DNA from: Spongiivirga sp. MCCC 1A20706
Lineage (GTDB): Bacteria > Bacteroidota > Bacteroidia > Flavobacteriales > Flavobacteriaceae
Reading direction: 5' to 3'
Length of the DNA: 64,000 bases
NCBI RefSeq assembly: GCF_046524175.1
Contig: NZ_JBEFZF010000002.1
Coordinates: 107,304 to 171,303, forward strand
Shown piece by piece: positions 39,206-48,858 of the stretch. The number at the start of each line of letters is the position of its first letter. Within the stretch, counting starts at the first letter, position 1. Position numbers and translations under genes: made by a program. The notes under the pieces are model-generated. The model saw only the letters and a program-made list of their open reading frames with translations. It did no database searches and was not told where the DNA came from.

Positions 39206-41791
39206 ATGATAGAGATTTTCAAAAAACTTTTTAAAGACCCTGCATCAGAAACTGATCACCAGTTTTACCGGCTTGTGACAGATATTATAAGAGAGATTAA
39301 AAAATCTAAACAAAGCAATTACTTTTCAGTGTATGATGTGAAGTTTGGGGAACTTTCTGAGTACAAAAAACTCAAAACCGCTAATACGGCCTACAAGAAA
39401 AAGTTTGTTAATTGGCTAGTTAAAGATATTGTTAGGATTGGGAAGCGAAATTCTGGAATGCGCACCTATCCTAAAAAATATGAAAATGATGCTTTTTTAG
39501 TAGAACAAGAGCTACTACCGCTACTGTTTCGGTCTAATCTGGACCTTACAGAAGAGGAATTTATGTACTACTTATCGTATTTTAAAAAGAATAAGTTTCA
39601 TCAACGAAATGACTTGTCGTATTGGCCAATAGGGTTTTTAGTGCAGCAACTAGATCGTCATGTTAAAAAATCTGGTTGTAGTGATACTTTGAAAAAGTAT
39701 TTAAATGAAATGATAACATGGTCTGAACTTGATGCTGGAAAATCATATTATGGATCAGATTTGGGAAAAGTAAAAAGACGAATTGAAGAAATACTATTTT
39801 CTGTAAGTGGCCAAGAGGGAGCGATCAATCCATTTTCATTTAGAAAAGATGAGTTTGGTCAATATGCCAATACGCAATTAGCAAAAAGTAGCGATTCATT
39901 ACAAAAGGTGCTACATCCTGTTTTACATAATTGTATAAAGATTTCAGGTTCTAAACCCACCAAAAAGTTTCTAAAACAGACGGACGAGCTTTTATCAAAG
40001 GAAAATTATAAAGTATATAAAGAGTTTATAGCATCCTTGTGCGAAAAAGTGATCGATCTTGACCCTGTCAGAAAAACCCAGTCATATACATACCAAAATG
40101 AGGAACAGTTTTATTATACATACCAGTTTATTGATGCGAGTAACCTAAATACTTTAAAGGGGCTGGTTTGGACCATGGTCAAATTTCATGATAGTAAATC
40201 GCTTGCTTTATTGTCTAAGTTGACTGAAAAGTGCTTTAAAAAAATTCCAGGAGAGGGTCCTACTGCTGCCGCTCTTGGCAATGCTTGTATTTATGTGTTG
40301 GCAAATACCAAAGGGACTGAGGGTATTGGACATTTGACCGTTTTAAAACAGCGAATCAAACAAACATCAACTAAGAAACTGATTGAAAAATACATTGTAG
40401 AGCTTTCGAACAAGCTTGGTATGAGTAAGTCGGATATAGAGCAAACTGTTGTTCCGGAGTTTGGCTTAGAAAACGGATATAAAATAGTTGTATTTGACGA
40501 TTACAATTTTGAAATTAAAATTGAACGCATCGGTAAAGTCGCCAATGCTTGGATTAAACCGGATGGTAAAATCCAAAAATCAATTCCTGCATTTGTAAAA
40601 AGCAATAAATCACTTTCAAATAGGCTAAAAAAGTCCAAAGCTGAGATAAAGGAGATTCAAAAATTTGTGACCTCGCAGCGAGATCGATTGGATGATTTAT
40701 TTATTGAAGAAAAAGAGATTTCGTATGAAGCGTTTTATCAATATTATTTCAATCATGGTCTGGTCTCTTTCATTGCTAGAAAGCTAATTTGGAGGATTTC
40801 TAAGAAAGAAAAAAGTGTTGATGCAATATGGATTGAAAACAAGTGGGTTGATCAATATAACAAAGAAGTTGATTTTATTGATAACAACTGTACGTTTCAA
40901 CTATGGCATCCTATCTATGCTGAAACTGATGAGGTATTACGTTGGAGACAGTTGTTAATCGATCATCAAATTGTTCAACCACTAAAACAAGCCTTTAGAG
41001 AAATTTACATCTTGACTCCTGCCGAGGTAAATACAAAAACCTATAGCAATCGGATGGCTTCTCATATTGTTAAGCAGCATCAATTTAATACGCTAGCCAA
41101 GCTTCGTAACTGGCAATACCAATTAATTGGCGCTTGGGATCATGGGTCAGATTGTATCGCAAGAAAGCACCTGGATAAATGGAACCTCACTGCGGAATAT
41201 TGGACCAATGAAATTTATGATGATGGTCAAATAAATGATGCTGGGATTTTATTATACATGAGTACAGATCAAGTCCGTTTTACTAAGGGTGAAGAGCCTT
41301 TGGATTTAATTGATGTTCCGAAAATAGTCTTTTCTGAAATTATGCGCGATGTCGACCTTTTTGTTGGAGTTTGCAGTGTAGGTAATGATCCCGAATGGCA
41401 AGATAATGGAGGGCTACCCCAATATAGGGACTACTGGCAATCATATTCATTTGGCGATTTAACGGAAGTTGCAAAAACCAGAAAAACAATCCTCGAAAAC
41501 TTAGTGCCTAGGCTCAAAATTAAAGATGTAAGTACCATAGAAGGCCGGTTTTTGAGGGTAAAAGGAAAACTTCGTACGTATAAAATACACATAGGAAGTA
41601 CCAATATTCTCATGGAACCAAATGACCAGTATTTATGTATAGTACCATCCGGTGTTAAAAATACAACAGACAAATTGTATTTACCCTTTGAAGGAGATCG
41701 AGGATTGTCGGTAATTCTCAGTAAGGCATTTTTATTGGCAGAAGATGATACGATTATTGATCCTACTATTACGAGACAAATCAAAAAATAA
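39206..41791 (+). CDS. Large (about 860 aa) uncharacterised cytoplasmic protein, possibly DUF4132/MolR-like
   Basis: Long ORF with no TM helix or signal peptide. No enzymatic motif recognised by eye. Trp-rich C-terminal half (WDHGSDCIARKHLDKWN...YKIHIGSTNILMEPNDQYLCIVP). Confidence 0.6.
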   Translation: MIEIFKKLFKDPASETDHQFYRLVTDIIREIKKSKQSNYFSVYDVKFGELSEYKKLKTANTAYKKKFVNWLVKDIVRIGKRNSGMRTYPKKYENDAFLVEQELLPLLFRSNLDLTEEEFMYYLSYFKKNKFHQRNDLSYWPIGFLVQQLDRHVKKSGCSDTLKKYLNEMITWSELDAGKSYYGSDLGKVKRRIEEILFSVSGQEGAINPFSFRKDEFGQYANTQLAKSSDSLQKVLHPVLHNCIKISGSKPTKKFLKQTDELLSKENYKVYKEFIASLCEKVIDLDPVRKTQSYTYQNEEQFYYTYQFIDASNLNTLKGLVWTMVKFHDSKSLALLSKLTEKCFKKIPGEGPTAAALGNACIYVLANTKGTEGIGHLTVLKQRIKQTSTKKLIEKYIVELSNKLGMSKSDIEQTVVPEFGLENGYKIVVFDDYNFEIKIERIGKVANAWIKPDGKIQKSIPAFVKSNKSLSNRLKKSKAEIKEIQKFVTSQRDRLDDLFIEEKEISYEAFYQYYFNHGLVSFIARKLIWRISKKEKSVDAIWIENKWVDQYNKEVDFIDNNCTFQLWHPIYAETDEVLRWRQLLIDHQIVQPLKQAFREIYILTPAEVNTKTYSNRMASHIVKQHQFNTLAKLRNWQYQLIGAWDHGSDCIARKHLDKWNLTAEYWTNEIYDDGQINDAGILLYMSTDQVRFTKGEEPLDLIDVPKIVFSEIMRDVDLFVGVCSVGNDPEWQDNGGLPQYRDYWQSYSFGDLTEVAKTRKTILENLVPRLKIKDVSTIEGRFLRVKGKLRTYKIHIGSTNILMEPNDQYLCIVPSGVKNTTDKLYLPFEGDRGLSVILSKAFLLAEDDTIIDPTITRQIKK

Positions 41792-41896
41792 AAGCTTGGC
41801 TATCAAAACTTCTGATTTTAAAGATCCAAACTCCTATGATGTGCGTATATCTAAAAATTTCTTGCGGATCTTAACCTAATTTATGTGCCTAAAAAG

Positions 41897-41932
41897 CAAA
41901 ACGCCAACTGAATGCAGTTGGCGTCTTTTTTT
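41897..41932 (+). terminator. Rho-independent terminator after the 866-aa gene (probably bidirectional)
   Basis: cgccaactg-aatg-cagttggcg hairpin followed by tcttttttt. A-run upstream allows minus-strand function. Confidence 0.8.
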
Positions 41933-41947
41933 ATGTGGCTAGATGGT

Positions 41948-42277
41948 TTAGTTTTTTATGACAATTTTTAAAGGAATTCGAAAGACCTGACCATTTTCAA
42001 TCACATTGTAGTCTACTTTTTTATAGTTTAATCTTGCTTTTACAAAACTATCCATTAGTTTGTTTTCTGATTTAACAGAAAGTACGACCAACTCTCTTTC
42101 AGTAGTAATTGTAAAACTAATTACTGCCTGAGCTTCATTATTTTCTAGCTCCATTCTTGGAGATTGCAATAACTTAACGATTTCGTTTCTTAATTGTTCT
42201 GCGGGCTTAGCGTCGTCAGAAGCGATAGCAATGTGTAATCCCAAAGAAACAAGGATAATAAAAGTTAACTTTCTCAT
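41948..42277 (-). CDS. Small secreted hypothetical protein (109 aa)
   Basis: Signal peptide MRKLTFIILVSLGLHIAIA. Confidence 0.5.
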   Translation of the reverse strand: MRKLTFIILVSLGLHIAIASDDAKPAEQLRNEIVKLLQSPRMELENNEAQAVISFTITTERELVVLSVKSENKLMDSFVKARLNYKKVDYNVIENGQVFRIPLKIVIKN

Positions 42278-42580
42278 GATTTGAAGTTTTAAAGGTTTTT
42301 AATTACACACCAAAATTACTTCATGACCATGTTTACAACCGGATATCATTCATTACCAAATGGTAGTGAAAATATCAATTAAGTGCATATTTTTTTCGAC
42401 TTAATATTTAGGTAACAATCATTGCTTACATAAAGATTAACAGTGATTTAATAAAGAAAATGTTGTTCTTTTTAGCTTTAATTGAAAAAGAAGAATGATT
42501 TTAAAATAAATTAGTACAGAAAATGCAATTTTTATTCTTAGCCATGTTAAAAAAAGATTGATTCTGTTATGCTTAGATTA

Positions 42581-43942
42581 TTAAAACACCAATCTAAACA
42601 CAGTTTCTTTATTAGGTATAGAATACACATTTAAACTTCCTCCATGTAACTGCATAATTTGTTTAGATAGACTTAAACCTATACCAGTACCTTGTTCTTT
42701 AGTTGTAAAAAAAGGAACAAAAATCTGATCTAAAACATCCTGCGGAATTCCTGGCCCGTTGTCTTTAATGGTAATAAATTTGTAGCCTTCACTACTCATT
42801 CCCGATTCAATATGAAGCTGTGCGTTTGCTGTTGTGGCCATTGCTTGTATGGCATTTTTGCAAAGATTGAGAAGCACTTGCGAAAGTTGCTTTTCATCAG
42901 CAAAAAGCTCTAATTCCGGATGGTGATTGGTAATGGTACAAGCATCTTTATTAAAACCGGCTTCCTGAATGGCAAGCATTTTAATTCGTTCAAGCAGTTC
43001 TTTTACCAAAATTATTTTTTTATCAGGTTTAGGGACGCTTAAAAAACTACGGTACGATTGTACGAAATTCATTAAATCTTTACCCTGATCTTTAATTACA
43101 CCTAGCCCTTTTGCTGTATTGTCTAGTTTAGTTTGATCAAAGTTTTCAACGGTTGTAGTGTCATCACCAACTTTAAAATAGTTTAATATCGATTCTGATA
43201 TTGAAGTAATTGGCGCGACCGTATTCATGATCTCATGTGTTAACACCCGAATTAATTTTATCCAAGAATCGGTTTCTTTTTCCTCGAGCTCACTTTTAAT
43301 ATCCTGAACAGTAATCAATCGAAGCAACTGCTTGTCTACATTAATCTCAGTCGATTTGATAGCTAATTGCACAGTTTCGCGTTCATTGGTAAGTTGAAAC
43401 ACTTTTCGCTCAAAAGGTTTCATTTCTTCAAACAACTCATACAGATTATTGTCAACTTTTTTTAGCTGTTTAATGTGATTTAAAGGAGTATAGTTTAAAA
43501 GTTGCTCAACTCTAGGGTTTACAAATAAAATGTGGCCTTTGTCATTGTGCGTTAAGACCCCTATTTGCGCTTGTTTTAAAATTTCTAAATAGTACTGTTC
43601 CTGCTCTTGCTTTTTAATGTGAACTTCTTGTATTAATGAATTAAGGCGATTAATACTTTTGTTTAGTTCCTTGAAACTGGTCACATTTTTTTGATCGGGA
43701 AATTTTAGTGTAAAATCTTCGTTTTTAATAGCATTAAAAAAATAGGCGATTTTTCGGTTAGTACTATCAATATATTTAACAAGTGAAATCGTTTGCACGA
43801 TCACTACAGCCAACAATATGATTACAAATAAGTACTCTGTTTTAGTAAAGAAATAGGCGGCTAAAAATATAGTAACGACCATAAATAGCACTCGGATGGT
43901 AATTCGCGTGTAAAAGTTTTCTCCAATCATGACATCCCCCAT
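42581..43942 (-). CDS. Membrane sensor histidine kinase
   Basis: Two N-terminal TM helices. H-box LTHEIMNTVAPI. G-box GTGIGLSLSKQIMQLHGG. Confidence 0.85.
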   Translation of the reverse strand: MGDVMIGENFYTRITIRVLFMVVTIFLAAYFFTKTEYLFVIILLAVVIVQTISLVKYIDSTNRKIAYFFNAIKNEDFTLKFPDQKNVTSFKELNKSINRLNSLIQEVHIKKQEQEQYYLEILKQAQIGVLTHNDKGHILFVNPRVEQLLNYTPLNHIKQLKKVDNNLYELFEEMKPFERKVFQLTNERETVQLAIKSTEINVDKQLLRLITVQDIKSELEEKETDSWIKLIRVLTHEIMNTVAPITSISESILNYFKVGDDTTTVENFDQTKLDNTAKGLGVIKDQGKDLMNFVQSYRSFLSVPKPDKKIILVKELLERIKMLAIQEAGFNKDACTITNHHPELELFADEKQLSQVLLNLCKNAIQAMATTANAQLHIESGMSSEGYKFITIKDNGPGIPQDVLDQIFVPFFTTKEQGTGIGLSLSKQIMQLHGGSLNVYSIPNKETVFRLVF

Positions 43943-45294
43943 TTTTTAAGTTTGTTATACAAGGTTTGTCGGGAAACACCCAACTGATCAGCTGCAGCGC
44001 TATAATTCCCGTCATGAGCTTGTAGTGCACTTTTGACCATTTGTTTTTCCATCTCATCTAAGGTTGCGGGATTATTATCGGGTATATCATTTTTCGAAGG
44101 ACTTAATAAAAAGTCTTCTGGTTTCAGTACATTTCCGTCAGATAGAATTACAGCACGTTCCATCGTATGTTGAAGCTCTCTAATATTACCAGGCCAACGG
44201 TAGCCAAGTAATTTTTCTTGCGCAGTTTGATTCATCCTTAGCTGAGGTTTGCCATATTTATTACTGAACTTATTTAAGAAGAATTCTGCCAGTACAATAA
44301 TGTCATTTTCGCGATCTCGAAGAGGAGGCACTTCAATGTGAATGGTATTGATACGGTATAATAAATCTTCTCTAAAAATACCATTTGAAACCATTTCAGG
44401 AAGGTTGCAATTGGTAGCGCAAATGAGCCGAATATCAACAGGAATATTTTTGTTTGATCCTACACGAACAATCGACCGGTTTTGAATAGCCGAAAGTAGT
44501 TTAGCTTGGGTTTGTAATGATAAATTTCCTATTTCATCAAGAAACAACGTTCCGGAATTCGCCGCTTCAAATTTTCCTGCCCGATCTTCTTTTGCATCGG
44601 TAAAAGAGCCTTTGGTGTGACCAAATAATTCACTTTCAAAAAGTGTTTCGGAGATCGACCCCATATCAACTCCGATAAATACCTCCTTTTTACGGGTTGA
44701 TTCGCGGTGTAATTCTCTAGCTATAAGCTCTTTTCCTGTTCCATTTTCTCCGGTGATTAAAACATTTACATCAGTCCTCGCTACTTTTCGAACAAGATTC
44801 AGCACATCATGCAATGCTTTCGAATTGCCGACAATTAAATTTCTGTCTTGATTGATGACTTGTTTTAAATTCTTTTGGCTGCTTTTAAGCTGTTGTACTT
44901 CTTTTTTAGATTTTCTGAGTTCAATTGCCGACTTAATAGTCAGTAATAGTTTCTCATTTTTCCAGGGTTTTAAAATAAAATCCAATGCGCCTTCTTTTAC
45001 TGCAGTAACAGCAAGATCAATCGCACCATAAGCAGTCATCATAATTACCGAAATACCAGGAGCTTTTTTCTTGATTTCCTTTAACCAGAACAAACCCTCA
45101 TTTCCGGTATTGACCCCTGCAGAAAAGTTCATATCGAGTAATACAATATCAAACTCTTCTAATTTAGGGTATGATGATATCTGATTTGGATTGGAGATTG
45201 CCTCAACTTTTTCAAATTCAAATTGAAGAAGGATCTCAAGTGCACTCAAAACACTTTTATTATCGTCTACAATTAATATGTTCGCTTTTTGCAT
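43927..45294 (-). CDS. Sigma54-dependent response regulator (NtrC/ZraR-like: REC + AAA+ sigma54 activator + Fis HTH)
   Basis: MQKANILIVDD (REC). LITGENGTGKELIARELH (Walker A). ESELFGHTKGSFTDA (GAFTGA variant). C-terminal QTLYNKLKKWG HTH. Confidence 0.9.
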   Translation of the reverse strand: MQKANILIVDDNKSVLSALEILLQFEFEKVEAISNPNQISSYPKLEEFDIVLLDMNFSAGVNTGNEGLFWLKEIKKKAPGISVIMMTAYGAIDLAVTAVKEGALDFILKPWKNEKLLLTIKSAIELRKSKKEVQQLKSSQKNLKQVINQDRNLIVGNSKALHDVLNLVRKVARTDVNVLITGENGTGKELIARELHRESTRKKEVFIGVDMGSISETLFESELFGHTKGSFTDAKEDRAGKFEAANSGTLFLDEIGNLSLQTQAKLLSAIQNRSIVRVGSNKNIPVDIRLICATNCNLPEMVSNGIFREDLLYRINTIHIEVPPLRDRENDIIVLAEFFLNKFSNKYGKPQLRMNQTAQEKLLGYRWPGNIRELQHTMERAVILSDGNVLKPEDFLLSPSKNDIPDNNPATLDEMEKQMVKSALQAHDGNYSAAADQLGVSRQTLYNKLKKWGMS

Positions 45295-45516
45295 ATTTTC
45301 ATCATTTTCTGACACCGGCAGGAAGAGCTCCTTTCCTCTCAATTCCTATCGAGACAATATCAGTTAGGAGCTTAAGGTGTATCGATTGTTTAAAACTACA
45401 ATTCTTATCGCAGCAATTTTTAAAACTGTAAAAAAAATAGACACTATTTGTATAAAATTTTTACACAGTATAATAAAACCCAAAAACAAATAATATTTAA
45501 AAGACTGATAATCAAC

Positions 45517-45531
45517 AATATAATTTTGTGG
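45517..45531 (+). promoter_or_regulatory. Candidate sigma54 (-24/-12) promoter upstream of the efflux operon
   Basis: TGGCACggcgaTAGT, about 45 nt upstream of the ATG. The -24 TGGCAC is perfect. The -12 element is weak (TAGT versus TTGC). Confidence 0.25.
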
Positions 45532-45573
45532 CACGGCGATAGTATATAGTTTGGCATCATATACAATCAATAA

Positions 45574-46932
45574 ATGAACAGTAAGTATTTATACACGATC
45601 ATCCTTACCCTACTAACAATCAATGTTGGGTATTCTCAGCAAATGTGGAGTTTGGATGATTGTGTTTCTTATGCTCTCGAGCATAACCTGCAATTAAAGG
45701 ATTTTGAATTCAACAAAGACTCTGGTAAAGAGACATACAGACAATCAGTTCGAAATTTATTACCAACAGTTGATGCATCCTCTAACTATTTTGTAAGATA
45801 TGGCCGATCGATTGACCCGAATAACAACGCCATTGTATTTACCGATTTTTTCTCGAACAACTATTCGGTAGATGCTAATTTAGACTTGTTTAGAGGGTTT
45901 CAAAAATTAAACGCTATTAAGGCTTCGAAGCTCATTTATAAAGCGACCCAAGAAGAGGTGCAACAACAAAAGTACCTACTCGCTTTTAGAGTAATGGCAG
46001 CGTTTTATGATATCCAATTCATGGAAGGCCTACTTCAGATTTCTAAAGAGCAAGTTGAAGTATCACAAACAAATTACAATCTGGTAAAGAGGCAAGTTGA
46101 ATTAGGACAACGAGCAGGAGCTGATTTGTACGAAGCGGAGTCAGCCTTATTGGCAGATAAATTATTAGTTACCCAAAATGAAAATACATTAAAAACAGCA
46201 AGGCTTACCTTAATGCAAGAAATGAACTTAGAGGGTCAATCTACCATAGAAATAAATAGTATTTCTGCTTATGACCCAGACCAAAGTAATGAGGCAAAAG
46301 TCGTTGATCAAGATTCTATTTTTACAAACGCTAAAGGGTTTATTCCCATTGTAAAAGCGCAAGAATTAAGAGCAGAGGCCGCTAGAAAGCAACTGGCTGT
46401 TGAAAGAGGAAATTTATATCCTTCGTTGCGATTATTTGCCGGTTATGGTACCGGTTATTTCGAAACCAATACGAATGATGATGGTAGCGTTATACCATTT
46501 AATACTCAGATTACGGATAATGCTTCACAATTTGTTGGGGTTGCACTTAATATTCCTATCAGTAATGGCTGGTCGGGAAGGTCAAGAGTGAAGCAACAAA
46601 AAGTGGAATTGATGAGGGCTCAGAATAACTATGAGGTGCAGAAGCAAGAGTTATTTCAACTTATACAACAATTAGTTCAAGACGGTGCTGCATTGACAAC
46701 CGAATCTGATCAAAGTGCGCAGCGTGTAAAATCACAAGAGCTATCTTTTAAAATCGCACAGAAACGCTATGAAAAAGGTTTAATAAATGCTATTGAACTT
46801 AATCAAGCAAAAAACTTATTTGCGACAGCGCAAAATGAAAACCTGCAGGTAAACCTGCGATTAAAAGTAAATAAAAGTACGTTGGATTTTTACAACGGAC
46901 TACCGGTGTTTAATATTGATAATACAAAGTAA
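45574..46932 (+). CDS. TolC-family outer-membrane efflux protein
   Basis: Signal peptide. Two-repeat OEP architecture. LDLFRGFQKLNAIKA and NLYPSLRLFAGYG motifs. Confidence 0.85.
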   Translation: MNSKYLYTIILTLLTINVGYSQQMWSLDDCVSYALEHNLQLKDFEFNKDSGKETYRQSVRNLLPTVDASSNYFVRYGRSIDPNNNAIVFTDFFSNNYSVDANLDLFRGFQKLNAIKASKLIYKATQEEVQQQKYLLAFRVMAAFYDIQFMEGLLQISKEQVEVSQTNYNLVKRQVELGQRAGADLYEAESALLADKLLVTQNENTLKTARLTLMQEMNLEGQSTIEINSISAYDPDQSNEAKVVDQDSIFTNAKGFIPIVKAQELRAEAARKQLAVERGNLYPSLRLFAGYGTGYFETNTNDDGSVIPFNTQITDNASQFVGVALNIPISNGWSGRSRVKQQKVELMRAQNNYEVQKQELFQLIQQLVQDGAALTTESDQSAQRVKSQELSFKIAQKRYEKGLINAIELNQAKNLFATAQNENLQVNLRLKVNKSTLDFYNGLPVFNIDNTK

Positions 46933-48182
46933 TGGACATAAAAATAGAAAAGAAAAAAGGACTTAGACCAAAGCACTACTTATATATAGGAATTGCCGCT
47001 CTTGTGCTGTTCACCGTGTGGAAATTGGCCTCAGGAAGTTCAGGATCTACCTATAGAGCTGAGAAAGAAAAGGTGTCTATTGCGGCTGTTTCCTTCGGAA
47101 AGTTTGATGATTATATCACCATTAATGGGTCGGTTGCGCCAATTAGCACGATTTATATGGATGCTTATGAAGGAGGTCGCGTCAGTGAAAAATTGATCGA
47201 AGAAGGCGCGATGGTGAAAAAGGGAGATATTATATTAAAATTAGAAAACAGTAGTTTATACGAGCAGATTTTGGCCAGCGAAAGTAACCTTGCCTTAAAG
47301 CAGAATGACCTGCGTTCTACCAAATTGAATTTTGATTCTAGACAGGTGGAGGGAAGACGGTCATTAGCGACTGCTGAATACGATTTACAAAGAAACAAAA
47401 GAGCGTACGATCAAAATAAAACCTTGTTCGATGAAGAATTGATTTCTAAAGAAGTGTATTTGACTGCTAAGGAAAACTATGAACTATCGAAAAAGCAATA
47501 CGAAATTGCTAAAATTCAAACAGAACAAGATGATAAATTACGTAAAACGTCATTAGCTGGTTTAGATACCGATCTTGACAGAATGCAGAAAACACTTTCT
47601 ATGGTATATGAACGACTCGACCATTTAAATGTTCGTGCTCCTGCTGATGGACAACTAGGGTTTCTAGATGCAGAAATTGGGCAAAATATTGGTCAAGGAC
47701 AACGTATAGGTCAGGTGAATGTGTTGACCAATTACAAAATTGAGGCGGAGATTGACGAACATTATATTGATCGAGTAAAGCGCGAATTAAATGCTTCTTT
47801 CGAAAGAAACGGTAAAGAATATGAGCTAAGAGTTCGTAAGGTGTATCCGGAAGTTAGAAACGGGAGGTTTAAAGTAGATCTTGTATTTACATCAGATAAA
47901 CCAGAAACCATCCGTACGGGTCAGAGTTACAATATTAAATTACAGCTAGGGGCGTCTAATGAAGCTTTATTATTACCAAAGGGAAGCTTCTTTCAAAGCA
48001 CCGGTGGTCAGTGGATTTTTGTAGTAGACGCTGCTGGAAGTGAAGCCTTTAAAAGACCTATTAGAATAGGAAAACAAAACTCAAGATATTATGAGCTGTT
48101 GGAAGGAGTAGAGGCTGGCGAACAGGTAATTACATCAGGTTACGATAGCTTTGGTGATGCAGAACGAATCGTTTTAAAATAA
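46932..48182 (+). CDS. Efflux periplasmic adaptor (HlyD/MFP family)
   Basis: N-terminal TM, lipoyl-like hairpin, coiled coil, beta-barrel. ATGA overlap with the outer-membrane factor gene. Confidence 0.85.
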   Translation: MDIKIEKKKGLRPKHYLYIGIAALVLFTVWKLASGSSGSTYRAEKEKVSIAAVSFGKFDDYITINGSVAPISTIYMDAYEGGRVSEKLIEEGAMVKKGDIILKLENSSLYEQILASESNLALKQNDLRSTKLNFDSRQVEGRRSLATAEYDLQRNKRAYDQNKTLFDEELISKEVYLTAKENYELSKKQYEIAKIQTEQDDKLRKTSLAGLDTDLDRMQKTLSMVYERLDHLNVRAPADGQLGFLDAEIGQNIGQGQRIGQVNVLTNYKIEAEIDEHYIDRVKRELNASFERNGKEYELRVRKVYPEVRNGRFKVDLVFTSDKPETIRTGQSYNIKLQLGASNEALLLPKGSFFQSTGGQWIFVVDAAGSEAFKRPIRIGKQNSRYYELLEGVEAGEQVITSGYDSFGDAERIVLK

Positions 48183-48201
48183 GCTAAGCAAAATAAAAAA
48201 A

Positions 48202-48858
48202 ATGAAATCAGGTCAGTTTTTAATAGTATCATTTTTAATGTTGTTGCATTGGAATAGCGTTATATCCCAATCAATAAATATAGGCGAGAAGCAAAATGAA
48301 AAGAAAGTTAGTGCTGTTAACAGAGATATTCAGGTGGATGAAAAAAACCGCGATGCAATAGTGTTTAATGCGCAAGAAGGAGATGGTCTCGGTATATTAG
48401 AAGATCAATCATTTGAACATGGCAAATTGATGTTGTCAATAAAAGGAGAGAATAAACCAGGAAGAAGTTTTGTAGGCTTCGCTTTTAATATTCAAAATGA
48501 CTCCGTGTACGAAGCAATTTATTTTCGCCCATTCAATTTTGTTGCTAAAGAACAAATAAGAAAATCTCATATGGTTCAATACATATACCATCCTGAGTTT
48601 ACCTGGAAAAAATTAAGAGAAGAGCGAACAGGTGAGTTTGAGAATGAAATAGTAAATCCGCCGAATCCAGACGAATGGTTTAAGGCAATAATTGATATTG
48701 ATAAGAACTATGTAACTGTTTTTGTAAATGATTCAAAAACACCCTCACTTAAAGTTAAACGCCTTACCAAGACAAAATCACATAAAGTTGGGCTTTGGAC
48801 CGGCTTTAACTCAGCAGGAAAATTTAAAGATTTAGAATTCATAACAATCAAGAAATGA
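48202..48858 (+). CDS. Secreted hypothetical protein (218 aa) inserted between adaptor and ATPase genes
   Basis: Signal peptide MKSGQFLIVSFLMLLHWNSVISQ. Overlaps the ATPase start by 4 nt. Confidence 0.55.
   Translation: MKSGQFLIVSFLMLLHWNSVISQSINIGEKQNEKKVSAVNRDIQVDEKNRDAIVFNAQEGDGLGILEDQSFEHGKLMLSIKGENKPGRSFVGFAFNIQNDSVYEAIYFRPFNFVAKEQIRKSHMVQYIYHPEFTWKKLREERTGEFENEIVNPPNPDEWFKAIIDIDKNYVTVFVNDSKTPSLKVKRLTKTKSHKVGLWTGFNSAGKFKDLEFITIKK

Noticed and set aside
41431-41784. Minus-strand 117-aa ORF
   Set aside because: Antisense within the 3' end of the 866-aa gene.
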